IMG/VR virus record: IMGVR_UViG_3300032316_000300
Location: 1 to 47,175 of that record
DNA: 47,175 bases
Direction: 5' to 3' (one strand)
Source: a virus
Lineage: Duplodnaviria > Caudoviricetes
Shown here: positions 27,143-38,100 of the stretch, one piece after another
Position numbering within the stretch: position 1 is the stretch's first letter
Layout: each line of letters opens with the position of its first letter
Made by a program: the position numbers and the translations under genes
Notes under the pieces: generated by a model
The model's input: the letters and a program-made list of their open reading frames with translations, nothing else
What the model was told of the DNA's origin: nothing
Databases searched by the model: none

Positions 27143-27538
27143 ATGGCTGTTACAATAGATAAATTGGTTGCTATCCATCGTAAGATGGAAACTGCCATGG
27201 CTGAATATCAAGCCAAAATTGACGAGATTGAGGAACAGCGTCAGGAAGTACGTAACACTATTCTAGAGATTATGAAAGAACAAAAGCTAGAGTCTGTGCG
27301 TACTGACCACGGCACTGTTACCAAAGGAGTCAAAGATAGATACTGGTCGAATGATTGGTCTGCGCTACATCAATATATTATTGAACACGGTGCGGTCGGG
27401 TTACTTCAACAACGTATCCATGAAACAAATATGCGTGATTGGATTGCCGCGCATCCTAATGATTTCCCGCCTAGTCTGAACATCGACAGAGAGTTTGGGA
27501 TTACAATCCGTAAACCTAGCACAAAGAAGGAGTTGTAA
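27143..27538 (+). CDS. replication-module hypothetical protein
   Basis: AAGGAG RBS; coiled coil followed by SVRTDHGTV...DW...LLQQRI. Confidence 0.75.
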   Translation: MAVTIDKLVAIHRKMETAMAEYQAKIDEIEEQRQEVRNTILEIMKEQKLESVRTDHGTVTKGVKDRYWSNDWSALHQYIIEHGAVGLLQQRIHETNMRDWIAAHPNDFPPSLNIDREFGITIRKPSTKKEL

Positions 27539-27727
27539 ATGAGTGACGTTCAAGAAACACCGTTGTTAAATATTGAACAAGCATCAAAGTATATCCAATT
27601 AAGTACAGCAACATTGTCACGTATGCGAAAGGATAATAGTGGTCCAGCGTTTGTTAAATTAGGTGCACGTATTTTGTACCGTAAAACAGATTTAGATGCT
27701 TACATCGAATCTAAAGTTAGTCAATAA
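27539..27727 (+). CDS. excisionase/AlpA-like HTH protein
   Basis: LLNIEQASKYIQLSTATLSRMR...GPAFVKLGARILYRKTDLDAYI. Confidence 0.88.
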   Translation: MSDVQETPLLNIEQASKYIQLSTATLSRMRKDNSGPAFVKLGARILYRKTDLDAYIESKVSQ

Positions 27728-27738
27728 AGGAGAATGAA

Positions 27739-28662
27739 ATGGCAACAGAAATTACAATGTTTAGTGGTAACGCAATCCCAGCACACATTGCAAAGCGTGA
27801 ATTAAGTAAAACAACGTTAGCACTTGCAGGTGCAGGTTCAACTAATACAACGAAGCGTATCTCTATTGAAGGTGGTGTATTCCGCATGATGGTCGGCGGT
27901 AAAGAAGTTGCTAAGAATACAGACCGTTCAATGAATGTAGCTATCGTTAGTACAGCACCAGCAAACAGTCGTGTCTATTACGACCCATCAGTCCCATATG
28001 TACGTGGTCAAGCATCAGCACCAACATGCTCATCAACAGATGGTAACAAACCAAACCCAGGCACTAAGACACCACAAGCTGCAACGTGTGCAACATGCCC
28101 ACAAAACATCGCAGGTTCAGGTAATGGTGAGTCACGTGCATGTCGTTACCAACGTCGTTTGGCAGTTGTGCTTGAAGGTGATATGGGTGGTGATGTATAT
28201 CAAGTTATCTTACCAGCTACTTCTATCTTTGGTAAAGGTCAAGGTACACAGCAATTGCCATTAGAAGCCTATGCTCGTATGTTGCATGGTAACCGTGTGG
28301 GTGTTGATTCAGTAGTAACTAAGATGGAATTCGATACAGATTCATCTACACCTAAGTTGGTATTCTCTCCAGCACGTTTCTTGGAAGAAGATGAGCAAGC
28401 TATTGTAGACCGTCAAGCAGATACCCCTGAAGCTGAGTACGCAATCGGTTTAAGTGCATACCAAGTCGATACAGGTAACGTTGCTATTGCGGCACCGAAA
28501 CCTACTGCGGTAGTGGATACTACAGTGGCACCTAAGCAATCAGGTTTTCAGCCTGTAGCTGATGAAGAAGAGGCTATCCCTGAGCCAGTCAAGGCTACAC
28601 CAGTTGACGCAGATGCGCGTTCTGCAAAAATTGCGAATGTACTAGACGCATGGGGTGACTAA
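27739..28662 (+). CDS. probable ssDNA-binding/annealing protein
   Basis: C-x-S...CATCPQN..GSG....AC motif, acidic tail ending WGD, strong RBS, followed by a terminator. Confidence 0.6.
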   Translation: MATEITMFSGNAIPAHIAKRELSKTTLALAGAGSTNTTKRISIEGGVFRMMVGGKEVAKNTDRSMNVAIVSTAPANSRVYYDPSVPYVRGQASAPTCSSTDGNKPNPGTKTPQAATCATCPQNIAGSGNGESRACRYQRRLAVVLEGDMGGDVYQVILPATSIFGKGQGTQQLPLEAYARMLHGNRVGVDSVVTKMEFDTDSSTPKLVFSPARFLEEDEQAIVDRQADTPEAEYAIGLSAYQVDTGNVAIAAPKPTAVVDTTVAPKQSGFQPVADEEEAIPEPVKATPVDADARSAKIANVLDAWGD

Positions 28663-28673
28663 CTTTATAATAG

Positions 28674-28705
28674 ATACACCTGCCCTCACGGGTGGGTGTA
28701 TTTTT
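28674..28705 (+). terminator. intrinsic terminator
   Basis: ATACACCTGCCC-TCAC-GGGTGGGTGTAT (with G-U pairs) followed by a T run. Confidence 0.8.
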
Positions 28706-28726
28706 CTTAAACAACGGAGAACAAAA

Positions 28727-28894
28727 ATGCATACAAAAAGACCACTAATAGGTTTTACATCAGAGTACCTAACAGAATTAATCCAAACCCGTAATGAAAT
28801 GATATACGGCTTACAAGTTGAAATTAAAGACATAACTGACGAATTAGAATTTAGACAGAACCCAAATCCACCAGTCCAATTAGAATTATTTTAG
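28727..28894 (+). CDS. small hypothetical protein
   Basis: ACGGAG RBS; ends in QLELF. Confidence 0.6.
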   Translation: MHTKRPLIGFTSEYLTELIQTRNEMIYGLQVEIKDITDELEFRQNPNPPVQLELF

Positions 28895-28906
28895 TAAAGG
28901 CACGTT

Positions 28907-31822
28907 ATGAATACGCTTATTAATAGCGTGGTGCCTTCTATTGGGACCTACTGCCTCACTACCATACAAGGTAAAGCAATTGTACAAACCTTTTACGATA
29001 ATAAGGATGTACTTGTAGCCGCTGGTATTGACGCGTCAGCGCAAGGTAAAAACGCATACTATGCTATGGCATCGTTCAAAGATGCAAGCACACGTACACA
29101 AGATAACGTGTTACGGCTTAAAGCGTTTTGGCTTGACGTAGACTGTAAGAATAAAGACCCCCTAAAAGACTACGCTAACAAAGAGGATGGTATCAAAGCC
29201 ATCCAACAGTTCTGCTCACGTCACTCGTTCCCTCGTCCAACCATCGTTGATTCAGGCAATGGCTGGCATGTGTATTGGGTTTTGGACACCGAAGTTACAA
29301 AAGACGAATGGCAACCTGCGGCTGATAAACTAAAGTCACTATGCTTGAACGACGGCTTACGTATTGACCCAGCATGTACAGCGGATAGCGCTCGGATTCT
29401 ACGTATTCCTAGCACACAGAACTATCGCTTTGACCCACCGTCAATAGTTGAATTAAAGATTGAGGGTAAGCCTGTCATGTTCGAGGCTTTTACAGGCTTG
29501 GTAGACCTAGGTTTGTTGACACTAAATGTAAAGCCTAGTTTAAAAATAGCTGGCACACCTACTAAAAAAGAAATGAGCGCGGTAACAAAAGCGTTGATTG
29601 GTAATACATCTTCGTCGTTTAAGAAAATCGTAAAGCGGAGCGGTGCAGGTAATGGCTGTGAGCAATTATTACATGGGGTAGTTGACCAAGCTACCATTGA
29701 CGAACCTTTTTGGAGGGCTGTGCTATCTGTAGCACAACACTGTAATGACTCTACCACTGCAATTCATCTGGCTTCTAATCAGCACCCTGATTATGACTAT
29801 GATGCTACGGTCGCAAAAGCTGAACAAACAAAAGGCCCATATACTTGCGCGACATTCGATACTCTACGTGGTAACGTTTGTCAGTCTTGCCCTCATTATA
29901 ATAAAATCACAAGCCCTATCCAGTTAGGTAATGAGGTAGTAGCGGCAACTACACCTGTGACGGTTTCAATTGCACCCTCACCAATACAAATTGTAGCTAA
30001 ACCAACTGTGGTTGAAGAATCCATTGAACAGGTTGCCCCTATTGATATAGCGAAGATTGATGCCTCACTTGCGGCGTTTCATAAAGATAAAGACAAGGTA
30101 ACAATCCCTATCCCACCTAAGCCATATTTACGTGGTCAGAATGGTGGGGTATATAAACAAACTAAATTAGATGACGGCACGTTTGAAGACGTACTGATTT
30201 ATAAAAACGACTTCTATGCGTATGCACGTTTAAGAGACCCCGACGAGGGACAGGTTTTGGCATGTCGACTACACTTGCCATTAGACGGTGTTAGAGTTTT
30301 TAACATCCCATTAAAATCAGTAGGTTCTAGAGACAAGCTGAGAGAAATAATTTGTGGTCAAGGCGTAGCGGCTAACGATAAAAAGATAGCAGAGCTAAGT
30401 CAATATTTAATAGCATTAACATCGGAGATTGAAGAAATGCAACATGAAGAAAAAGCAAGAACCCAAATGGGTTGGCAAGAAGATGGTACGTTCGTATTAG
30501 GTGCACGTGAGTATTCTAAGAACGGTATCCGCAATTGCCCACCATCAAATGCCACAGCTAATTATCAAGCTATGTTCCGTATGGAAGGCGAGATGTCAGA
30601 GTGGCGTAAGGTGATTGATGTATACAATGCCCCAGGATTTGATGTTCACCAGTTTGTATTTTATATGGCGATAAGCTCACCCCTGTTAAGGTCAATGGGG
30701 CATCCTGGAATGCTGACTACACTTATCAGCGATGAGTCAGGGATTGGTAAAACAACATTAAGTATGGTCTGTAATAGCGTGTGGGGTCACCCGCGTGAAA
30801 TGCTTTCTATGCCACACGATACAGTCAATGCAACAAGAAATCGTATGGGTGTATTTAATAGCATTCCGCTATTCCAAGATGAGTTCACCAACAAATCAGC
30901 TGAAGTATGTAGCGACCTTGTGTATATGTCCACTATGGGACGAGATAAAAACCGCAGTACTATCAGTGGTGTTGAGCGTGTTAACAATACGACATGGAAC
31001 ATGAACTCATTTGCTACAGCCAATGCTGCTTTGCGTGACAAACTAGGGTCATTAAAAGCATCTGCCGAAGGTGAGAACATGCGTATGTTTGAGTTTGACA
31101 TGCGTGGTACACCTGTATTACCTAAAGAAATTGCGGACACTACATTCCCATTGATGCAGACTAACTTTGGGTTAGCAGGTCACTTCTTGGCATCATGGTT
31201 AGTTGAAAACATAGACGACTTGAAGCCTATGGTTGAACGTGTACAACGTAAAATGGATTTGAAATTCAAGTTCACTAGCAAGGAACGTAACTGGTCTATG
31301 GGTGTAGCATGTGCATACACAATTGCATATGTATCAAAAGAACTAAAGATTCATGACTTCCCTATTAACGAGAATATTGAAGCAATGGTTAAACATATTG
31401 ACCGCATGCGTGGTGAAGTAGAACAAAGCGTTACTCACTTTGACGCATTGATTTCAGACTTCTTGGTAGAGAACCACAGTTACATTCTAGTAGTTGACGG
31501 CTTGCCTGATGCAAATGGATTGTTGTCTCCACCACGTAATAGAAACATCAACAAAATCGTAGCGCGATATGAGCCTGATACTGGCAAGTTGATTGTTGCG
31601 TCTAAGGCTTTGCGTGACTACTGCGTTGATAGACAGTTCTCATTCAACAGCTTGATTTCTATCTCAGGTGCGAAGCTAGGTAACAGACGATTAGCGGCAG
31701 GTTCAGGTGTGGTGTCAGGTAATACGCGCACAGTTGAATTTGATACTAACGCAGTTAACATTGATGTAAGCATGTGGCATGACATGGAGGCGGAAGTAGT
31801 AGATGATACTGCAGCTGCCTGA
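28907..31822 (+). CDS. AEP/RepB-type primase fused to DUF927-like helicase
   Basis: WLDVD, DSGNGWHVYW, ARILRIP, GPYTC...CQSCPH, QMGW, Walker A SGIGKTT, Walker B LFQDE. Confidence 0.88.
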   Translation: MNTLINSVVPSIGTYCLTTIQGKAIVQTFYDNKDVLVAAGIDASAQGKNAYYAMASFKDASTRTQDNVLRLKAFWLDVDCKNKDPLKDYANKEDGIKAIQQFCSRHSFPRPTIVDSGNGWHVYWVLDTEVTKDEWQPAADKLKSLCLNDGLRIDPACTADSARILRIPSTQNYRFDPPSIVELKIEGKPVMFEAFTGLVDLGLLTLNVKPSLKIAGTPTKKEMSAVTKALIGNTSSSFKKIVKRSGAGNGCEQLLHGVVDQATIDEPFWRAVLSVAQHCNDSTTAIHLASNQHPDYDYDATVAKAEQTKGPYTCATFDTLRGNVCQSCPHYNKITSPIQLGNEVVAATTPVTVSIAPSPIQIVAKPTVVEESIEQVAPIDIAKIDASLAAFHKDKDKVTIPIPPKPYLRGQNGGVYKQTKLDDGTFEDVLIYKNDFYAYARLRDPDEGQVLACRLHLPLDGVRVFNIPLKSVGSRDKLREIICGQGVAANDKKIAELSQYLIALTSEIEEMQHEEKARTQMGWQEDGTFVLGAREYSKNGIRNCPPSNATANYQAMFRMEGEMSEWRKVIDVYNAPGFDVHQFVFYMAISSPLLRSMGHPGMLTTLISDESGIGKTTLSMVCNSVWGHPREMLSMPHDTVNATRNRMGVFNSIPLFQDEFTNKSAEVCSDLVYMSTMGRDKNRSTISGVERVNNTTWNMNSFATANAALRDKLGSLKASAEGENMRMFEFDMRGTPVLPKEIADTTFPLMQTNFGLAGHFLASWLVENIDDLKPMVERVQRKMDLKFKFTSKERNWSMGVACAYTIAYVSKELKIHDFPINENIEAMVKHIDRMRGEVEQSVTHFDALISDFLVENHSYILVVDGLPDANGLLSPPRNRNINKIVARYEPDTGKLIVASKALRDYCVDRQFSFNSLISISGAKLGNRRLAAGSGVVSGNTRTVEFDTNAVNIDVSMWHDMEAEVVDDTAAA

Positions 31823-32009
31823 TGGGGTTGAGATGGATGTGCCTATCGAGTTTATGGTAGTTAAAGATAGCGTATTCATCCCCACCCTAAAGCCTACAGA
31901 AGTTAGGCACATAGTAAAAAGAATAGCTAAAGAGCTTGAGTATTCCGTTGAGATGAGAAATACAGTCGAGGACGGGTACTTAGGTTTGATGGTATGGAGA
32001 GTTCAGTAA
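31803..32009 (+). CDS. hypothetical protein
   Basis: 68 aa; SVFIP...GLMVWR; last gene of the plus-strand block. Confidence 0.7.
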   Translation: MILQLPDGVEMDVPIEFMVVKDSVFIPTLKPTEVRHIVKRIAKELEYSVEMRNTVEDGYLGLMVWRVQ

Positions 32010-32010
32010 T

Positions 32011-32044
32011 GGACGGTATGGGACGGTATGAGACGGTATGGGAC
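32011..32044. repeat. 10-bp tandem repeat (RGACGGTATG x3.4)
   Basis: GGACGGTATG GGACGGTATG AGACGGTATG GGAC. Confidence 0.95.
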
Positions 32045-32054
32045 AATAAAACTG

Positions 32055-32083
32055 TTGCATAGTGTTGATTAGTGTTGTATAGT
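32055..32083 (+). promoter_or_regulatory. sigma70 promoter with no downstream ORF
   Basis: TTGCAT, 17 nt, TATAGT; shares the upstream AATAAAACTGTTG with the 27084 promoter. Confidence 0.65.
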
Positions 32084-32089
32084 TTATTT

Positions 32090-32179
32090 ATACATATTTA
32101 AAGGCTCCTTGCTTGCAGATATGCATTGTTTTCATTCTCCGTGAAATCATTTACCCCAGCCTCGGCTGGGGTTCTTTTT
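32090..32179 (+). ncRNA. candidate three-hairpin sRNA with anti-SD loops
   Basis: Bounded by a promoter and a terminator; CTCCTT and TCTCC sit in or at hairpin loops. Confidence 0.6.
32154..32179 (+). terminator. intrinsic terminator, possibly bidirectional
   Basis: CCCCAGC-CTCG-GCTGGGG-TTCTTTTT between convergent gene blocks. Confidence 0.88.
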
Positions 32180-35100
32180 ATTCTAATTCAGCTCTTTGTT
32201 TTCTTATCGGCATCGCTCGCAACGTAGCTTCCACGTTTGCTAATAACTCGTTAACCTTTTGACGCTTCTCTTCTGGTGAGAGGTTAGGGTCTTTTTCGAT
32301 TATGTTACGGATACGACTTACCTGATTTAGTTGAGCATGTAGTGATTCAATCCCTTGGTGCATCGCATATAACTGTTGTTTTTTAGGGTCAGCCAAATAC
32401 GCTTGTAGCTTCTCAGGATTTTGTTCCAATGCCAATGCCTGTACTGTGTTGTACGCTCTATCTGACATCTCACGAAGCGCATAGTATTCTTCAGCGTTAC
32501 GACCGCCAACAGTTTTTTGTTGGAATGAACTGATAATAGGTGTCTTATCTGGAGCCATCTTGCCACTACCAAACGCAACATCAGCTAATTGTAGTAACGC
32601 ACCAGCAGATGTACCACCAATTGCATTAAACAAGTAGTCAATCTGTAGTGGAGACTGCCCTGTAATATCACCAATCTCTTTAGCTATCTCACTTGTGCTT
32701 GCTGTGTATTGGAACCTAGGGTCTAAACCTTGCATACGCTGACTAACAATCGGCATGTCAGAGAAGAAACTCTTATTAAGCATTAACTCAATAGCAGGTG
32801 TCACGCCATACACCGCGGCTGGTGGCATATATCCAGCAGCAAACGATTGTAGTAACCCTTGACGTAAGCGTCTAGCAGACTCAGGACTATCAGTGCCTTC
32901 CTGCAGTATGTAATCCGTAATGCGTTCTGGTACTACTTTAGCCAAGAAGCCTACATCAGGCGGGATAGGAAGTAACCCACCGCCAGGAATTAAGAAGTTA
33001 TGGTCAGTCACATAGCCTTTTTGGTCTTCGTACTCATCGTCACCTGACATCGCCATTGTGTATGCAATAGTAAGCCCAGCGTACATCGCCATGTTACCCC
33101 AGTATGCTTTAGCGGCAGCTTTACGAGCTTGCATAGAGTTACCACGACCAACCATACCGCGATAGTTAACATCCATACCTTGTAGATATGCACCTAAGAA
33201 CGGAATAGTTTGTTTTAGCGTGTGCATTAACTCACTTGTGCCAGCCTTTTGGAAGTTAATAATCTCACGGGCTTTAGTAGCGGCAAGTGTTTCATCACCT
33301 GTTTCTTCTAGTGTTTGTCTATAGATACCTAAACGCACTGCTAGGTCGGCACTGTAAGCTAGTTTGTGCAAGAAGTTATATGCTGGGCTACGTACCCATT
33401 TATCAGTAATCGTTTTAGCTTCTTCACCAATTCCAAACTGAGTAGCACGACCACGTGTAGTATCCATCGCAGTAAAGTCAGCACCACCAACTACACCGTG
33501 TTGCATTAGTTTTTGAATGTCTTGGTGTTGGCCACGGAACGCTTCGCCTGATAGGAATGATGAGTAAATCTTACCAACCATAGACCAAGGATTCTTAACA
33601 CCAGCTTCTACAAACGCACGTTGCGAGTCCATAACTACTTGACGTAATGGGAAGGCAGGAAATAAAACAATACCAGCACGTAGCGTACCTAGCCCTTTGC
33701 CTATCGCTCTCATAACAGGACTGTTCAAACCTTTAACTGATTGGAAGGCCGCTAGGTCATATGGATTATCAACAGTCCAGAACGTAGGCTTACCATCAAC
33801 ATAAGTCATAACAACGTGGGCTGGGTTGCCAGTACCTGGACGACCTGCGTGACGCACTGCTGTACCCATACTGGACATCGTGTCGAGTGCACTGTTAGCC
33901 GTATGGTTAGAGATGCCTGAACGTACACACCAGCCAATCATCTGTGACATGTTCTCAAGCATGTCGTTAACTTCTTCTGTGCCACCGACAAGGGCTTTCA
34001 TCTGACTCAAGTCAACCATCTTACCCATGTTACCGAGTCCTGGCATTACATCTTGGTATTCTTTCAAGCGTAACCATGGTGCGTATGAGTCATCGGCTAA
34101 GAAGGCTCTAGTTTTTTCAGCTGTTAAGAACCCAGCCTTACGGAGGAACTTAACCATTTGATTCTTAGAGCCAATAAACTCGTTTTGCATAGCACGTAGT
34201 TCAGGGAAAGTATTGAACGCTGCCATAGCCGCATTGATTTGAGCTTGTGTTGGCACCATGCGTGGGTCTTTTTGCCAGTTCTCAGGCCATTTGTCTGGTG
34301 AGATATTGTCAATAATTGCTTTGGCACGGTAATGGTAGAACGAATCTGTTACTAGCTTGCGCATTTGTTCTACACCGATACGGTCAGCTAAAGTCTTAGC
34401 ATGACGGAAAATGTTATCAACGCTATGGGTACCTTGTTTAACTTCAATCGCACCATTAGGTAGGATGTCAATATCACCAAACGCGAACACAGAGTTAATA
34501 TAGTTGTTTGTATTGTTTGCCGCACTTAATTTTAAGTCAGCTCGCATTTGACCGTTAACATCATAGAATGCGCCATCATTGTGGTCTTGGATAGATGCAG
34601 ATAAATGCGCCGCCTTATCAATTGCACTGGTACGAATTCTATTAGCCATACCCTCAATCATACCCAGTGCATCATTAGGGTTGCGATAGACAGTAGATAC
34701 AAAGTTCTGTGCGGCTTGAGCTGGTGTGGTTGTTTGTGTTGGTACTGAACGTGCAAGTGTACCTGACATACCAGCGATGAACTGATTAGCCTGTGCCTGT
34801 GCTTGAGGGTCAATTTGATTTGTGATTATAGTATCAGTTGCATCAAACGTACCCTTGTTACCTATAGCTGATTTGATTTGATTAGGTTCAAATACAACAT
34901 ATTCAGTCATTCCTTTTTCTGGTACAGGAACAATTAATCCATCGTATCCAGCTTTACGTAGTTGAGCAGACAAATCATGCCCCCACTCTACATTTTCTAG
35001 GCCGTATGATGTTCGTACTGGACTAAATAAATCTGTAACTGATGCAGTGTTATTATTTAACTTAGCGTATATTTTTTTAGCATGCTCAAACTGTTCAGGT

Positions 35101-38100
35101 TTCATGGCTTTCATTTGAGCTAGGTGACCAGGTAAATAAGTTTTTTCAACTTGGTCAAACCCTCTAAAATATTTATTTTTTATCCAGTCTTGCCATTCAG
35201 GAGAAGGCACATTAGGAACAGGAGAAACCATTTTTAAATATACAGGAACTACGTTACCACCTTCAGGAGTTGTTTCTGGGGTTCTTTCCCCTCTAATATC
35301 CATAGCAAAATCACTAGCTTTATCAGCGTCATCAGTAAAATAAAATCCTTCACCAAGCGTACCACTAAAGCTAGGTTTAAACACATTATTAGTTGCATCA
35401 GTCCATTTATTTGTACCATGATATATAACTAAAGGATTACCTTCTTTATCAACAACCTTACTATTACCAAACCATTTCTTAAATGCAGGGGTTTCTGTTT
35501 GGGAGTCTATTTGATTTGTGATTATATTATCAGTCGCATTGAAGGTACCCTTGTTACCTACTGCTGATTTCAATTGATTAGGTTCAAACACCGCAAGGTT
35601 CTTGGCACCGCGTTCGCTGACATACATGCCGTCATAGCCATTTGCTTTGAGGAAATCAATTACTCTTTTGCTTTCTAATTCAGCCCAACTACCATCTGCT
35701 ACTCTCCGTGCATCAAGCCCTAAAATAGTATGCGTTAAATGACGCACGTGGTTAGGGTTTTCAAAATCAAATGGTTTTTCTGCTTTGATAAACACAGGCA
35801 TAATATTACGACCATTGTGCTTGGATAATTCTAAAATTCCATCTCCATAGGTTCTTACATGTTCAATATCAGCATCTGATGTAGACCCAAATTTGTTAAC
35901 CCAGTTTTTATCAAATGAAACAAACGAAAGACCTAACTTCTGCGTAACTGTTGGAGACCCATGATAGTCTTTATTAAATACATCAAAGTCACCTACTGTA
36001 GTGTGGTATCCAACTTTAGGTGTGCCATCTGCATTAACAATCTTACTATCCCCAAACCATTTTTTAAAAGCTGGAGTTTCTGTTTGTGGGTTAATTTGAC
36101 TAGTCGTTATAGAACTGTACTGGGATATTGCGCCTTTAATATCAGTATAAGGTGTATTTAATAACCCTTCACTAGCAGATAATAATTCTGATAAAGCTGT
36201 ATTTGCGGATGCAGGGATACCTAATAAGTTACGAATGACAGTAACGAATTCAGACCATAAGGTTTTACCCTGTGTACCCATTGGAATTGATTCTAACGTA
36301 GCTTGCATGTCTGGGTTAGTTAATCCCCATGTTACAAATTCAAATTCATTAGCAAATGCATTGTTATTTTTTGCATATGCTCTAATCTCAAATTCATTTG
36401 CGGTTCTGTTAGCAACACGTTGTCCAATTACTTTCTTTGTTTCTTTTGCTACAGCTGATATTTGGTCAACATATTTAGCGTAGCCAGGAATTGTTTTACC
36501 TCTTTTTCTTGCTAATTGAGCAACCCCAATAGCTGAATCTACTCCCGCATGAATTAGTTCATGTAAAACTACTTCGTATGTTTTTCCAACGCTGCTATCT
36601 TGGATGGATACCTTAACCTCTAGCTCTCCTGTACGGTTGTCTATGCTTGTATTACATTGCCCTCTGGTTCCGCCCTTTAATGTATTTGTAAGTTTAAACG
36701 AATATGTTGCCCCAGCTTTTTCAAACTCAGCAAAACGATTAGCCAGTATGTTAGCGATAATGCGATATGATTTACTAGGTGCATTCGTAGAAAACCATTT
36801 AGCCACTTCTAATACAGACTTGTTTTTTAAATCTTCAATTTGTTTATTTTCAGTTAGTAATAATGGCGCTTCAATGTCTGGCAATGCCGCTGCTTCAGCT
36901 GTAAGCCCTTGTACTGGCGTGTCGTCTAGTGGAGTTTCAGGTGTGATTGCTTTACCTGCGGCAGTAGCACGAGCATTACCTGCTTCAATACGTTCAATCT
37001 CATCTGCAAGTTCTTGGTTTAAGTACCCTTGAGCATGAGCGTCTTTTACTTTGTCTTTAGCAACTTTAGATAATTTAGCGAATGGAATATCACTTAGGTA
37101 ACCCCATGTAGTTGCAACAGGTTCTTTCTTTAACGCAGCTGCCGCATCTCGCGCAACCTTTTTTGGTACAGGTGCTAGTGCACTTGGTTGTCCCGCTGTG
37201 CTTGGTCCAACTGCTCCAACGTTTGGTTGAGGTACTCCACTATCACCATCCACTCTTGGTCCGACAGGTTCTGGAGCTTCTTCAGGCGTGGTTTCTGCTG
37301 GTTGAACAGGCACTCCCATGCCTTGCTCAGTTCCTTGTTGCTCAGTAGTATCTGGTATTCCGTTCGGTTGAACACCAAAGAGGTCTGGTTGGACATCTTG
37401 CGGTTGCGGTTGCTCATTGACTACCTCTGCTGGTTTAGGTTGTGTTGGAGTAGCGGATTCTTCGCTAGGTTTGTATTGAGGAAATGCTTCTAAGATACGG
37501 TTAGCTTTAACACCAAAGTCAGTATTAGTTGCTGCCGCTACTGTAAGTAAGTTATATGTTGTTGGGTCAGCTAAATTGCCACCTTCTAATGCTTTGTATT
37601 GTTTACTACGTGGTGTGATACCAAACGTTTTTAGTATCTCAGGAGTCAATGTTCCTTCAGCAGGAGCTACAGGTTCTACCCCATAAGTGCCTTGTTGAAT
37701 TGCTTGACGAGTTTTGTTTCTTTCCTTGACATCTAAATCAGGGAAGTACATTTTTATATTACCCGCAAGTTCTGCACGGCCTTCGGGGGTTTGTAGTAAT
37801 TCTTGAATTTTAGCTGGTAAACCTTGTAGACGAGCCGCTTCAACCGATGCTAGTGCATCTTTAGTTGGCGCACCTTTACGGGTAAACAAATCCCCTTGGT
37901 CTGGAGAGACTTCTGGCGCTGGCTCATTAACAAACTTACCTTCATCATTGAAGCCAAAAGTTGGTGGGGTAGTGGTTGGTTCTGGTACTACCGTTGAGAT
38001 AGGCGCTACTTCAGGTGTTAGTTGTTCTTGAACAGGTGCTTCTTGTGGAGTAAATAGCGGTTGTTGGTCCATTGTACCAGTAGCACGGCGCTGTGCTTGT

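Noticed and set aside
27539-27727. Excisionase-like gene as proof of a prophage
   Set aside because: No integrase, att site or host genes in the window; lifestyle is undetermined.
34806-36086. Duplicated segment as a diversity-generating retroelement TR/VR pair
   Set aside because: No reverse transcriptase in the window; both copies are in-frame coding and differences are not adenine-specific.
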